Source of the DNA: Ophelia neglecta
Lineage: Eukaryota
Reading direction: 5' to 3'
DNA length: 64,000 nucleotides
Assembly: GCA_965285935.1 (NCBI GenBank)
Contig: OZ260667.1
Location: 35,464,001-35,528,000, forward strand
Shown: positions 49,783-64,000 of the stretch, piece after piece
Layout of the letters: each line of letters begins with the position of its first letter
Numbering within the stretch: the stretch's first letter is position 1
Notes under the pieces: generated by a model
Database searches by the model: none
Seen by the model: only the letters and a program-made list of their open reading frames with translations
What the model was told of the DNA's origin: nothing
Made by a program: the position numbers and the translations under genes

Positions 49783-52700
49783 GTTATTAATTGGAACAAG
49801 CTAGACCAGGGACAATGTATGGCTGCTAATAGAGATCAGGGTATACTATCAAGTCATACATCATTTTGAAGGCAAATATCTGTGTAATTATTGGTTAAAA
49901 ATTCACACTATAAGGACCAATTAACTTGTATGCAACAGATGCTTCTCTAGCAGTACCTTACGTAAACACAATCACACTTTTAACTACACCAGTGTTAATG
50001 AATTCATGTAAAATAGTTCCCCAGAAATGTCACTTTTGTCAAATATATTACCACCTAGCAGTAAATTAATGACCATATTTATATTCAGAAGTCTTAATTT
50101 GTCCATAAATCAGTAATCAAAAAATTCTGGGAAAAAAATGATATGTTAATTAGTGCCAGGACTTGATTTAGTCATATGGAGCCATGGATTGGGTATCTAA
50201 AAGGCCATTAATCACTAAAGTGGTCTGCTTTACCATGATTTTGCTCCTGAAAGAAACTGGGGTATGCTGAACTATACAATATTACAGAAGGATCAAGCCA
50301 TGAGATTGACTGCAGGAGCTTTTAAAGGCAATAAAGACAAAAGAAAACACATGTATATACGAGACTAAATATTGACCTGTTTGAGATATTATGAAACTTC
50401 CTGTAAAATGATCTGGAAAACACACCCATTCATATACAAAGAGCTCAAAATAGGACCCAATACATGTATATTGATGCTCTGAAGAGAGCAGAATCTGTAG
50501 AAAAATCAGCTTTCTCATGAAACAAGGATCAAAAATAGAGGTTTCCTCAAAAACAAAGGCCTAAAAGAGCAGAACTAACTTTAAAGAAAGGGAGGCAAAA
50601 GAGTGGAGCATACCCATATTGCCGAATAAAGGAGTATCCCCCCCCCCTAAGTTCAGAACATGAATTGATTAACTTTAGGCAAATATAATGTAACCATGGC
50701 AACAACACAGAAACAACGAATATTTTTTATGGCAGTGCTATCCTTTTAAATATGCTTTACACTTATTTATCAGGCATATTAAGACTAGAAGTACATGGGA
50801 GTGTTTTAAAAAACTGTGAATTTAATGCTGACTGATTCAATTTGACCTACACTAACTACAACTTAGTCAAAATAACTTAAATCCTTTTCTCAACTTGAAT
50901 CTATTCCTTGAGCATTGAAAATAAGGTACCATATATGATAGCGAAATGCTGCATGCACAATAACCTGAAATAAGACACTGACATATGCTGTCATGGCCAA
51001 ACACTCTAATTGTCAATTCAATCTTTATATCAGCATGAACATTATAAAACCATGTGTCTTTCATATCAAAGCCGACCCAGATCAGACCTTTGAAGATGTC
51101 CATGAATGTCAAATAAAGTCCAATGTCAAACCACCGGTCACACCTACAGATCTGTTATATAAATCGCAGAAAAGTATGTACAATATAACTCCTCTGAAGC
51201 AGATAGTGCGACCTTAAAAATTTACCTTGCTTGATTAAAAGTTTGATGAAAATTAAATAAAACGCTTGTTTCTGCCTTTAATTGATTTAAATTTTATAAC
51301 ATGTATTAAGAGTTCAATACTGTACAATTTTATCATCAAGGTAAAAACTGAGATCCATCATTACTTGTTCATGCTTTTGGATGTTTTTGTACACACAGAT
51401 CTATTTAATGTGACAGTGACCTCAAAATTTAACTTTTGACCTACATATTTAGAGACAATCACTGAAATATCCTTTTTGTTGATTATGGTCTTGATTGCAA
51501 AAATTGACTTTCACTTAATGGACATTCTCTATGACCCTTTTAATTAACCTTTTAACCTTACTCCTTATACACACATTATCTATGCATTCATTTAGACCAT
51601 TCTTGGTATAAATGTCAATGCTTTTACTTTTTGCATACTCAATCTTACCATACATTTAAAAATATTTCTAGCCATTGAACTGTTTTCTTCTAAAAAACTC
51701 AAACAGTTGCCAGAATGTTGGAAATATTAATTAAAGCATAAATATTATTGCCTGTTCCAATGGTAAAAATATTCAAGGAATGTAATCAGATGAGGCCAGT
51801 CTGTATTGGAGAGCAGAGGAGCTCATGATGCTGCCCTGTTCAATTAGCAAATTCATAAAATTCTTTGCACTTATTAAGGAGTACTTTTTTCCATGTTTAT
51901 GATATGCCAGTGTGGTAAACATCTATATTTTAGCTAAACTTCAACTATTTCTGGTCATTATCAATTTTAAATAAACATGTGAAAACAGCATAAAAGTTTT
52001 AAAATGTTTACCTTGTTATTTAACTTTACAACACCTTTTTATGTCACCCATGATACTTCCAAGTACATTTTTAAAGCAATGAGATAATCAGTCATAGTCA
52101 AAGTCGTCATTTATTTCATTTTAAAGTATACCCCGGTACTGGTAAAGGTCTACTTAGGTCAAGGTGTATACTATTACACAAGCACTACACTTTATCTACA
52201 CTTTCATCAGGTCTTTGGCTATCTACTGATAAACATACATGTATACTACAAACTGAGTTTCAATACCATACACAATAGTTGTTACCAATGCAAGAACAGC
52301 AAAAATGTACAGTTGCATATATGCATGTATTTTTTTTTTACTAAATGTATCACTAACTGTTATTGTAATTAACCAGTGCATTGTACATTGATGGGATTTT
52401 TGTCATTATAACATTAACATAAACTAACTTAAAACTAGTTGCCTTTTTTGCAGTGATTTCCTTAGTGACAGTTGAAACAATTGTTATTTTGGATGTCTTA
52501 ATTATTTGGTAGGTATTTATGCCAAGTCAAATGCTGTACTGCATTGTGGTTACAGAAGCTTTGTAAACAAGATTGCAAAAAAAAATATCATAGCCAGGGG
52601 CCTGCAATTGACAGGAAGGAAATGTTATTGGCTTAACATGCATTGATTAAATTTTGGTATGACACGAATATCTGCTTTGCCAAAAAATTGCAATTCTTCA

Positions 52701-52849
52701 TGCCTCATGTAACTTCTTTATTTGAGTAGATAACTTCTCTTTGAGCATATAGGAAGGGGTACATTATTTTTCTGATGGCAATACTATATTAGACTCTGTC
52801 TTACTTTTGCAATGTCAAGTTTGATAAAAACACAATTTCAAACTTTAAC

Positions 52850-53170
52850 TTAGCAGCCAGAACCTAGAAGCTTGTGTTCTTTTTCATGGTCAAATCACCT
52901 TTTTTATAGATACAGCCATGATCTTGGCAGTTAGAGGCTAGAAAAACATTTCAAAACCACATGGTTCACATCTTTTTGAGTACTCATATTTGGCTTAGGT
53001 GTTCATTTTCAAGGTCAAATTGCCAAAATGACCAATAAAGCCATTATTTTAGCAGTTAGGGCCTAGAAGTACACCAGAGCACCTATTGGATACCATATTT
53101 TTCTCATCCTCTCAAGTTCTCAGATTTGACCTTGGTGTTCATTTTAAATGTCAAACTACCAAAATGATAT
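52850..53170. repeat. Degenerate internal repeats, possibly a Helentron/HINE-type core
   Basis: Recurrent ttrgcag..agr.sctagaa (x3) and ggtgttcatttt.aa.gtcaaa...ccaaaatga (x2, about 130 bp apart). Confidence 0.45.
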
Positions 53171-53958
53171 AAAATGGGGTCTTTGATCGTTTTCTAAATC
53201 TTGCCTGACCCCCAGAATAGAAGCCCTGTTGTGCTAGATAAAATTGGACTTAAGTATAAGTACATGTATGATTCAAGAATTTTCTTAGCTAAGAATTTTT
53301 TTTACAGTTGATGTGCTGAAACAATCTAAGCTGAAAATTAGTTAAGCAGGTTTGAGCATGGTGGCTTGTCTTAAATATGTGCTGTAAAAGTGTGCTCCAG
53401 TTAATGTTCCATTCGGTGTAGCTCAGAAATACGCACCACTCCTTTAAATGAATCTTTATTATTTCTTGTCATATTTTACCATTAATAGTCATACATTTAT
53501 AGTGACATTAATAGTGTATGGCATTTTTTGGCCTCTCATTGCCATTGTTAGTGGATATGTACCTATTTTATTTCCAAACTTAGATTTTGCATAACCCTTC
53601 TACCTTGTTTGGATGCAAGTCATACTTTAAAAAACACATCTAATATATTTATCCCGGCACACAGGGCAAGGTAATTTTGCTTCCAGACTATCTGCCCTGT
53701 TCTGTGAGTGAGTTACAAAAAGCTTCTTCTAGGTTGGGCATAACTGAGCTGTATATAGATATTTCTGCATTTTATTGACACCTTGTCAGCTAGGTCTGAT
53801 GAGTAGTTATACCAGCAAGTCAAATTGGTGACAAAGTGGCAGACATTATCAATGTATGATGGCAGATTTGAGAGCTTACCCAGGGGGAGGGGGGCCTCCA
53901 ATATGTAATGGGTTTGGAAGGTTTGGGAATGTTCCATGGCAGTCTCCCCTCTTCTTTT

Positions 53959-54184
53959 GGCTTTTGATTAAAAGCGGAGGCGCGGAGCCTTGTGGAGGTT
54001 AATCCAGAAAGTAGAACAGAGCACTAGACCTATCAAACCTGTCCTTAACCCTTCCCCTAACCCTAAAATTAACCCTCCATCCTAACCCTTTCCTTGCTGA
54101 CGATTATTTGCTTCATGTCACTCAGAAATACTCATGACCTCCGCCTCCGCATAGCCTCCGCACCTCCGCGTTAAATCAATAGCC
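53959..54184. mobile_element. MITE with GG-terminal TIRs and internal telomere-like CCCTAA motifs
   Basis: 8-bp TSD CTTCTTTT (53951-53958, 54185-54192); imperfect TIR of about 30 bp GGCTWTTGATTWAAMGCGGAGG; superfamily uncertain (Merlin-like or MULE-like). Confidence 0.8.
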
Positions 54185-55251
54185 CTTCTTTTAATTAGAA
54201 ACTGCTACATTGGGATATACTTATAGCATGGACCCACTCTGTATTGTAGCTTGGGATGGACAAACTCAATATGGTCATTTTAAAAGCTCTTTAATTATAC
54301 TTTTTATTTAAATTATCAAAAAGGAAAAAATAGTCTATAATATTCACTTTGAGGTATTAAAAATATGCCTAAAACAATAAACCAGCTACACTGAGTGTTC
54401 ATTGCCCCATATAGCTGATATTTATAATGAAGACCTTTTCATTCCCAAATCAGCTTGTTTGATCACTCCTGAAAGCTCCTGCTGCTCCCTTTGCCAGAGT
54501 AGCATTCGCAAAAAGAAACAGCAACACTTGACTATAGGGGCCTCAAGTGCTGCAGATACATGTTTTCAGTCACAATAAAAGCATGACTTGCTCACTTTAT
54601 CTTATGAAATCGTTTTAAGAATATCTGTTATAGGTACTGTGCTTCTGTGTGAATACTTTGAACATGCACTGAGCAAAAGGCAACAACACTTTGCAGGTAC
54701 GCATGTTCTATTGTAGACATTTCTAGAGCATGCCTCTCGGCACCTCAGCACCAGTGGCACATCATGTTCACAAATAGCCTGATTTTAGTGGACTACCGAT
54801 TAAACCAATGTTTTTCTCTGGAATCCAAGGACCTTTCATATCTGTTTTCACAGAATAGCCATTTGCTGTTATCGTGACAAATCCATCAGTATTATCGTTT
54901 CAGATTTACAACGTAGATAACCAATTGGTAGACTCTCCTAGGAGATATTTCATCTTAGCAGAATTTGTTTTTGGTCTGACTCACATCAGGGCTAACTACT
55001 GACTACATCTCATTGCAAGTGATATTTGAATATAACTTTGTATGTGTGTTGTTCTAGTAGAAAATTTGAAACTGATCACTTCACAGCAATTTAATGGAAT
55101 ATTGTTCATCAAGTTTTTGCCTTGCAGCTAGGAATCAAGCCCCATTTGTTCTATAAAGTAATAAATGTGACATAAAGAACCAATATGTTCTAAATATTCT
55201 CAGACCTAAGAACATTCAATTTCGGAATACCACTGTTCCTTATGATTAATC

Positions 55252-55582
55252 TACCACCAAAGCATGGCCGAGTGGTTAGGGAATCCGCCTTGCAAGTGGT
55301 AGATCAGTGTTCAAATCCTGATCGCATCAAACCCAAACGTAATAAATGTACCAATAGCTCCTCTGCCAGGCGCCTTGCATTTCCAGGGTAGTATCAGGAC
55401 TGACCAACAGGGTGTCAGTATAATGTGACTGGGTGGGGTTCCCTGTCTGGTGTCTACGGCAGGTACTCCAGTGAGGCAGCACTCTAAAGAGGGCATTGGG
55501 CCCACTGTCACAAGTAGGAACCGTGGTGATATGACAATATAAGTGTTGAAAGGCACGTAAAACCCCAAACAACCAACCAACT
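55252..55582 (+). mobile_element. tRNA-derived SINE (Meta-SINE-like central domain)
   Basis: A box TGGCCGAGTGG 55265-55275, B box GTTCAAATCC 55309-55318, central GTCAGTATAATGTGACTGGGTGGGG, (CAAC)n tail, 12-bp TSD TTATGATTAATC (55240-55251, 55583-55594). Confidence 0.88.
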
Positions 55583-56263
55583 TTATGATTAATCGTAGAC
55601 AATGACCAATGAATTTTAACAGGTGCTTATTCAATCCAAATTTATGAATAAACACCTACACATCTACTTGCCGAGCTGTGCATGGTCATGCTGCCATCTT
55701 TCCCACTTTGTCCCACCTGCGTGTATTCATGACAACTTTTCAGGAGAAACCGGGCCACCCCACCTTGTTGCAAAGCAATACAGCTTTGAGAATTCTGGAG
55801 AGTAGTTCCTGTCCCTGTTTTTCGTATCATGGTAAGCCAGATAAAATTGCCTAATGTTTGCAATTTATCTGGCACTAAATAAACACCACACTAAGGAGGT
55901 CTTGACTGGACACTAATTTGTGACAAAAATTGATGACACCTAAAGTTGAACAAGCAGTAAAACTGTACGCATGTATATGTTATAATTCTTGCATATCAAT
56001 ATTTACAATAAAGTTTAAAAAACATACATAACATTGTTTAAATACAAGTTACAGCGATGTGCTAGGAATATGATGTGTCCCGTTTTGAAAGCTGAAGGCA
56101 AAGCTAGGATAAAAGTAAGTTCAGTTATGATAAATACAAAAGTAGGTACATGTACATGTTTCTCTCTCAAATACTAATAACCATTGTGAAAATGGAATAA
56201 ATCTTTAAGTAAAGAAAAATAAATTTACATTCACCTAAATTAATATTATCAGTAATAAACTTC

Positions 56264-56794
56264 CTGGTGCTTATGTATATATTTTACTTAATTTTTTACT
56301 TTGACACTTATGTTAAAGAGAAATTCACAAATATGCTTATTATTAGCAAAATAACCACCTAACTTTTAATTATTCTGGGAAAATAAAATCATCGCAATTA
56401 AGGCAAGTGTACAGGTGTCACACAGTCCAAAATAGTAACATGTTTTTTGATGGCTTCGGTCACAGTATTTTCAGGGCACTTGCATGTTTATAGACCAATT
56501 AATTGAAGTGAAAAATGATGTTCCCTGCTCTCACTTAAATGGACTTGCTGGTGCTTATGTATATATTTTACTTTATGTTCTTCTTTGACACGTCAAAGAA
56601 AAATTCTCAAATATGCTTATTATAGGCAAAATAACCGCTTTACTTTTAATTATTCGGGGGAAATAAAATTATAGCAATTAAGGCAAGTGTAAAGGTCTCG
56701 CACAGTCCAAAATCAGTAACATGTTTTCGATGGTACAGGTCACAGTATTTTCAGGGCATTTGCATGTTTATAGATCAATTTATTGAAGTGAAAA
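56264..56794. repeat. Direct tandem duplication, period about 284 bp, two copies
   Basis: ctggtgcttatgtatat... starts at 56264 and 56548, collinear through ...gaagtgaaaa. Confidence 0.9.
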
Positions 56795-57150
56795 TCATTT
56801 TTTTATGAGCTATACTCTGAACAATATTGTTTTTTTCTACCCATATTCAATACATTCCTATTTAGGATTTTCTTCATATGATTACTCTTTTTTCATATTA
56901 AAACTTGGCCAAGATTTGTCTAGCACACAGGGATATGCATCTGCTAGTTTAGACACCTGGTCAGAAGGGGAGATGATAGGATCCAGTGACAACTAGAATT
57001 ATCACATAATCTGCCTTAAACTAAACTAAAGATAGACACAAATCGCAACATTTCATAGCCGTCTTTTAGTTTCAAACTCAGAGACATATTTCTTTCCACC
57101 ATTTAGCTTTTAGTTTATTACTCATTCATTTAAATGTGTCAGTCAGGACT

Positions 57151-57408
57151 GAACTAGGTCTGCGGAGGGCATACACCATTGCTGCTAAATCATTAGGTCA
57201 TTATTAGGTCAGAGCAAATTTCCAATAATTATAGTCAGTTTATTAGGGACATTACCAATCTTTCTTGGGGTTAAAATTGAGGTTGACAGCTTGGGACATC
57301 ATATCGAGCAGGGATTCATGTTAGGGGTGCTGTTTAATCAATCTAACAGAAAGACAAACCAAAAAGCAAAAAGAATATACTCCATCTTCCCTAGGGAAGG
57401 TGGCATAA
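57151..57408 (+). mobile_element. Possible Helentron-associated (HINE-like) short element
   Basis: AACTAG start, acag-type microsatellite remnant, 3' palindrome CCATCTTCCCtaGGGAAGGTGG followed by cataa. Confidence 0.4.
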
Positions 57409-58481
57409 TTACTAAAGCTGATACAATAAACAAACAAAAAATTCTTCTTTTTTGACCATTATGTATGTTTGACCTTATCAAATTTGGGTTTAAAAGAATG
57501 TTCTATTGTTACACTTCTTCTTAAGCCTATTTGACAATGATACTAAAGGACTACAATTTTAATTCCTCTTTTATAAAACTTTGTTGACTGTATGAAAGTT
57601 TGATGTATAAGGGGTCATCTTATTCTTTAAACCACCCTTTTTCTAAATGGAAAGATACAATTTCTTTTCTTAAAAACCTTAATAGCAGAGAATTTAACAC
57701 CATAGGCAAAATTCTATTGTTTTAAAATTCTATAATTCAGAATAAAATTCCCTATAATGATAAACGCTCAATTTTAATTGCATTAAAAAATCTAATATTT
57801 TGAAGAAAAGAAATATTCAGATAACAAATTTACCACTAAGTGTACATTTGTTTGAGCTGTGTCCAAGACATACAAAAAGACAAGAATTTTTTTTATACTC
57901 TTTTGTTTGTAATAAATTTTTATCACTTTTTTGGCATGCCCGGTTCGTAACAAATCAACTATAAACTGCCCTCTAGTTAAATAATTTCTCCCCGATAGAA
58001 GAAAACCAATAGAGGACAAACAGTTTTTTTTTTCAAAATTGAATAAAAAACATTAGGGGATAAGAAGTTACAAAAAGAAAAGGAAAATGGGTTTGTATTA
58101 ATGGGGGGGGGGGGGATACTTTTTGGATTATTGCCCCACTTAAACTTCATGAGAAAACAAAAACGTTTGAAACTGTCCTATTTATACAAAATTTTTAGCC
58201 TGTAAAAATGGTTAAGCTATTAATAAATATACTTTTGTATTGAAAGAGCTCTGACCTTTAGCCTACCTTAAATCACAATAAATTCATCTATATTCACGAA
58301 GGGCAGTAAACCAGCCATTAAATTTTGGTTTAATACCAATACTCGATAGGACATCATGTAAAAGAACTTATCACCTGTGTGGCAAATGTAACATTCTAAT
58401 TGAGTTAGTGGATACATGCATTACTTTTCCTTGAGAACCTTACTGGCCAGATATTCAAAACAACTGAAGAACAAGTGCTTA

Positions 58482-58799
58482 GGCCAAAAAAAAAAAAATA
58501 TTATGTTTCCGGTCGCCCGACCCTACCTAGCAAAAGGTGCCCGGTCCTGAAATTTTTATGAGCATCTTAAAAAAAATTAACAATTCTTGCCAAAGTCAAA
58601 GAAACATCGTCCCTCGCCGTCCGCTAGAAATTACATTCTCGCGACTTACTCCACATTTAATGATAAAATACTGAAAAAATTACACCCACACCGCGAGGAT
58701 CATTACAAAAAAAAATTACAAAAAAAAACTTTTTCCTACCTACCTACCCTATCTTTTTTGTCCATGTAATAGGAAACATAATATTTATTTTTTTTGGCC
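58482..58799. mobile_element. PIF/Harbinger-type MITE
   Basis: TTA|GGCCAAAAAA...ATATTATGTTTCC and inverted GGAAACATAATAT...TTTTTGGCC|TTA; 3-bp TTA TSD. Confidence 0.8.
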
Positions 58800-61700
58800 T
58801 TATTACAAATCTGCTATTCTTGCTTACATGCAAACCTAGAGTATACTGGCATTAAAGTCAATTATATACTTTACATTCCTTGGAGTAGGTAAATGGACAG
58901 GCCAATAATAAAACGAAAGCATTTTTAATACTTAATTCTCATTACTTAGACTGCATAGGGACCAAATATTTATCTCAGACCAATCTTTTTTTTTCTATTC
59001 CAGTTTTAATATGAATGTATCTGCAAAAAATATAGTAGTAAAAGGAGATTAATTCTCCAGATAACGCAACAGGCCAATGGATACTTCAATATTCATCATT
59101 TGATTTCTGGGACTGTCCATTAGTGTAATCAGTGTAATAATTGTTCAATTTTTTTACTTTGTTGTGTCATAATTTAAACAAATAGTAGTTTCACGTCTTA
59201 ACAAAAACAAGCTCCAGATGCCACATGGCAATACCGCAAACCCAACTAAAACTTATAACAGGATTAAATTAAGTTTTGTTCCAATGTTATACACAAGTAC
59301 AATATGAACAAGAAAACAAATTGCACCATTATTGCATGGTTGGAGGGAAATTTACTGTTTCATAAAGTCAAATGCAGGGCTAATCCAGCTGATCAATATG
59401 GCTTGTTATTATTTTTATTTCAATATGCATGTATAGTGTAAAGCCATAATCTAAATTTTATTGTTTAATTTGGTAAATTTCGCTCCAAGGTCATAAAAGC
59501 AAATTGTTATGTAAATTAAGGGTTAAATCAATTGCTCTAGTTTAAAAGGACAATATTTTTATGAATGTTTGTTGAAATACATTTTCATTAAAAAGAAGTC
59601 TTCTTAAGACATCAAAGTTTCCATTTACTAAGTATAAAATCAATGAGGATGTATTGGGGAAAAAACTTTAATGGGAGAATTAGGTTTCTAATATTCACTG
59701 TGTATATATCTACTTTTTACAATAGTTGGGGATATATTGTACTCATTATTTGTTTTTGCTGAAGGTGTATATATAGATTCTATGATCAACATTTAAATAA
59801 TATTCTAAAAGCTTTTTAAAACAGCAAGGGAGTGTACACTCTCTGTGCAATAACAGTAATAAAAGTGACTGGTAAACTACTGACAACAATTACCAGTACA
59901 GGTAATTTTCAGTCACTTGACCTGGTTATTGACCAACATACACTTTTTCTTACACTGCATAGCTGTATACTTTACATTTGCTTCCATACTATGGTGTAAG
60001 TCTGACAAAGCCTACTGACATATAGATCTAGCTGCATAATATTTGCTGTACTATGGCACTGCAACAGCATACTTAAGATACAGCATCCCATCACCCTTCC
60101 AATTGACCCCTGAACAGCAGATCATTCAAGGGCAGCATCAGACAGTTCAGAGATATGCAGATCAGCCCCCTCCCATAAATTCCATTTGGATATTTGCTTT
60201 TTTAAATTAATATATCACAACATGTACTCAACTGTATGAAACTCCATAAAAACAACAAGGTCCCTTTGTGTTTATATTCGGAGCTTATGAACCATGCATA
60301 TGCATATTTGGATAATTTGAACAGTCACTGTGGCAATTGTATTGTTGAAAAATAACTGGTAATCGCTTAAATCAACAAATGTTTCATGCTTAGTCATGTA
60401 GGTACTTTTATCAGTATTTCATTATCGGTTAATATTTTATAAAAATAAAATTAAATCGCAATGGGGCAAGGTTTAGATGCAATGCGTTTTTTTACTGTTA
60501 AAGCATTTAGCCTATTATTGGATTAGCGCCCAAATGTGCCGAGTACTCCTAGCTAAGCACATATGTCACATCAATTTTGATGCTTTATAACAGTCAAATA
60601 CCTTTAAGCAATGGTGGTTACAAGATTTGTTAGCCACCTGGTTGCCATGATAAGTTTTGAAATTGGCAAAACAGAAAGTCAACAAATTTAGCCATGGGCA
60701 TACGTAACATATATTGTACATAAGATGAAACACAGCTCACAAAATATAGATCTTAGAAAATAACACGACTCAGACTGTTACCTGCAGGATGCATGACTGA
60801 CAAAACAGAAGTACCTAGAACATTTAATCTTTTTTGGACTTAAAATTATCAGCAGGTCAAAATTTGCATTCCCTTTTAAATAACAATAAAATTTTAAGCT
60901 ACAACAAATTTATTTCTTATATGTTTCTTTTCTATTTGAAGGTAAACAGCTATAACTTTTTCAAACATAGTTCCTTCAACAGCTCTTTGGTACATGTTCT
61001 AACATGGGTGGGTATATTATCCTGCTTGCAGAATATTAGATTATTTCTGTAAAAATGTAACTTATCAAGGGGAGCGGGGGGGGGGGGGGGGGGGGGTAAG
61101 GGGTATTTCCGACCATCAGGATCTGCCTTTTTAAATATTCATGAACTGGGAACTCAAGGCTTAATTACTTGTGATTCAGGATTCGACAATTGTCCGGGAT
61201 AAAGGATTTTAATTTACTGGGACCCGGGAATGTTCCGTTTAATTTTACATGACTAGGTAATCAACTATTTCAATTAATCGGGAAGCAGAATACCTCATCC
61301 CTAATGGAGAGAAAAATGCAGACTTCAGTGATTTGGGATTTGCACCTTTTTCTAACTGGGAACTGGGACCCCCCTAACCTCCCCTCTTATCTCAATTGTA
61401 TGTTTGAAACTAAACTTGCACTTTAAATTACTAAGCAACAAGCCAATCAGGGGATTTAACATGTTTTTTTGCATGTGGTATACTGATGTCATCCATACAT
61501 AGCATCATTTTACCTTCCTTAAGATATTGAGATATATTTTGGCAAATGTGTGTTGTCACCCGACTATAAAAAAATATACATAGAGAAAAAAAATTATGAA
61601 AGAATTGGTTCAACGGCTCAAATCTTATTTAACAACTATTTTCTAAGTCACAAATAATAAGTAAAGCAAGCCAGGATATCATTAATGCATTCCACTGTCA

Positions 61701-64000
61701 ATTGAGAAATATTATAGTTGATTTGGCAAACTCCCATTTCAAATTAGGATATCTCTGGGTCAGTAGTGGGTAGTCACATGGGTTAGGGTAGGGTTATTCT
61801 ATTGTTTTTTTGCAGCACAGCATCATACAGCACAGCGCCGAATACAGGCAGCCAGAAAAATATTGTAGGTCTCTTAACCCATTTTTGAACACATCTCGCT
61901 AGGCTTTGAATAAGGGCCTAACTTGGCATTTTCAGTCACTGGAATCTGTAGCTTGGTGACGGGTGATAAATGAAAATTTTACAAGCACAATAAGCACATT
62001 ATAGGAACCTCTCTAACCTAGGAAGCATACATGTACATTATAAAACTGCTGAAATTTGATCTTATCCATAAGCATTCAAACCTCATGGGGCAGCACTTCC
62101 TACCTTCATAATAAATAAACAATAAGGGAAAGTATTATTTACTGAATATTCTTTAAGTTTTGGGTAAAATACTGAGATCAAGATACTGATCCCCAACATA
62201 CATATGCTTTGCCTCTGCAGGGCCTAAGCCAGAACTGAACATGATGTCACAAGGTTAAATAGCCCGTTTTACTAAAAGCACACTGGAATAACCTTAACTA
62301 CATTACTGTTTCTGTTGTACATTTACTAATTAAATATACTGACATAGCCTCGAATAGTGGATTATCCTTTTACTAGATTGTAGCTACATACAGAGGCATG
62401 CCTAATTTTGTTCTATGAACTTACTTGCATACCCTCTAACATATAGCTTCTTTTGATCACCGGGCCTTCAAGTATATATTTTAAGCATCTCAATAGACTT
62501 TCAACTAAATTTATGTCAATAACAGATAGGTGATTCTTTAATCCCCACCCCCACCCCCACCTCAAACTGTGGGCCTGTGCAGGGATGCTACTCGGGTTGG
62601 CCAACATGCATGGAACCAAAATAATTTCCAATACATTCAAGTTTGCCCAGCATTTTTTGGACTCCATCCTGTTTATATTCATGTAGATGTAACTTTGAGC
62701 AGCAACATTTGATGGAGATTACAAACATGTTTCACACATTATATCTTATAGTTCAAATCACATGCCATTTTAGAAAATCAAAACGTTATTCACCTTTAGC
62801 TGAAGTGCCCACCCACTAAGGAATAATGAATGGCCCTACTTAACTTGACAGTCTCTTTGTTTTCATATTTGGCAGCTGGCAGGGTGCATAGGGTTGAGAA
62901 AAGATTTTGGGAAACCTACAGCTGCAACTGCCCTAGAGATTCTTTTACCTGGATCAAGGTTTTAACTCTACCATTACTTTTTTTTGACTAACAAAACTTT
63001 ATCATAAAAATTGATAACTCCCACTGGTCAATGATGTTATCCTTTAATAACATAGCCCCTATGCCTCACCTCATTTAGATACCTGTCAATTTATGCATTA
63101 TAAAGGAAAGCAAGAAAAGATGTCGCAAGCCTGTGCATTTAAAGTGACACTTGGATATTCGGGACAGAGGTGGTAAAAAGGCAAGGATAATATAAGTTCA
63201 TGTTTTTAAGAGTTTTGATAGCTAAAAGCAGTAGTTTTAGAAGTCTACACCAAACCTAGTGCTTTGTATTTTAAAAGGGCTATGAAGGAGTGCTAATCCA
63301 AAGTGTTACCCATGTCTAACAATACTCTTTAGGTCATACATATCTTTTGCAATTATAAAGCCATAAAAATCTAATAAAGGTACCAGATACTTTATTTTCA
63401 GGGAGTGTAGATTACTTCACTCTTAGAAGGGAGAATTTAAAAGCATTTTGTTTGGAATTGAGGGAGGTTCCTATTTCAAGATTTTTTCCCTTTTTTGATC
63501 TGAATCGATTTTTTAATAAACATCATTAATAAACATTAAAAAAAATAAAATACGGCAAATATCTTTCTAGCACACAAGGTCAGGATACAGAAAATCATAA
63601 TTTTTTTGTTTTATATTCATGATATTACAGTAATGGCAGCATAGGATGGCTTGTTTAGAGGATATGTATATTTTCCTAATAGTAAAATGAATATTTATGC
63701 TAAGTCTTGGTATTATTAAGTGTATAATAAGTACTTAGGCTGACATTGATTGGGAAATGACTAGATTATAAAGTATAAAACAGGCAGGGAGAAGGGGAAA
63801 GCTAGCAGTCTAGGGAAATATTTGTGTTGTTGGTGACAGGCAATAGGACAGCTGTGAAAATCACCATTAGCCGATAGAAAATAAATAATATTCAGAGGGT
63901 CCAATCTGATTGTGACATAGTTTAATAAGGTATACTCCGGTTCAAACTGGTCAGGAGAAATTCTGTCGTTGTCCATATATTGATATGTAGCTACCCAAAT

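Noticed and set aside
55252-55330. tRNA gene
   Set aside because: A and B boxes are present, but there is no good acceptor stem and the sequence continues into a SINE body with tail and TSD.

Overview
AT-rich, intron-rich animal genomic DNA, probably from a lophotrochozoan such as a mollusc (inferred from the SINE and MITE types; not provable here). I rebuilt four spliced genes by hand, with consistent splice phases throughout. (1) CASTOR/GATSL, the arginine-sensor family upstream of GATOR2-mTORC1, minus strand 411-8580, about 333 aa. (2) RAD1 of the 9-1-1 checkpoint clamp, plus strand 8708-15785, 283 aa, head-to-head with CASTOR with only 127 bp between the ATGs. (3) SGF29, the SAGA/ATAC tandem-Tudor subunit, minus strand 18208-24484, 318 aa, with a GC-AG intron. 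(4) A very large DIDO1/PHF3/PPS-family gene (PHD-BRK-TFIIS_M-SPOC), minus strand 28583-48883, about 4,320 aa, with a 7.76-kb terminal coding exon. The best finding is that CASTOR carries two intact, diverged, tandem 95-nt copies of the exon that builds the ligand pocket. They can only be used mutually exclusively, and they differ at the position of human CASTOR1 Asp304 (Asp versus Gly), which suggests a splice-switchable amino-acid sensor. Introns and the gene-poor 49-64 kb region hold many non-autonomous DNA transposons, a tRNA-derived SINE and tandem duplications. One of these is a foldback element with CTCF-like motifs nested in another element's TIR. All gene models come from manual reading, without RNA data.
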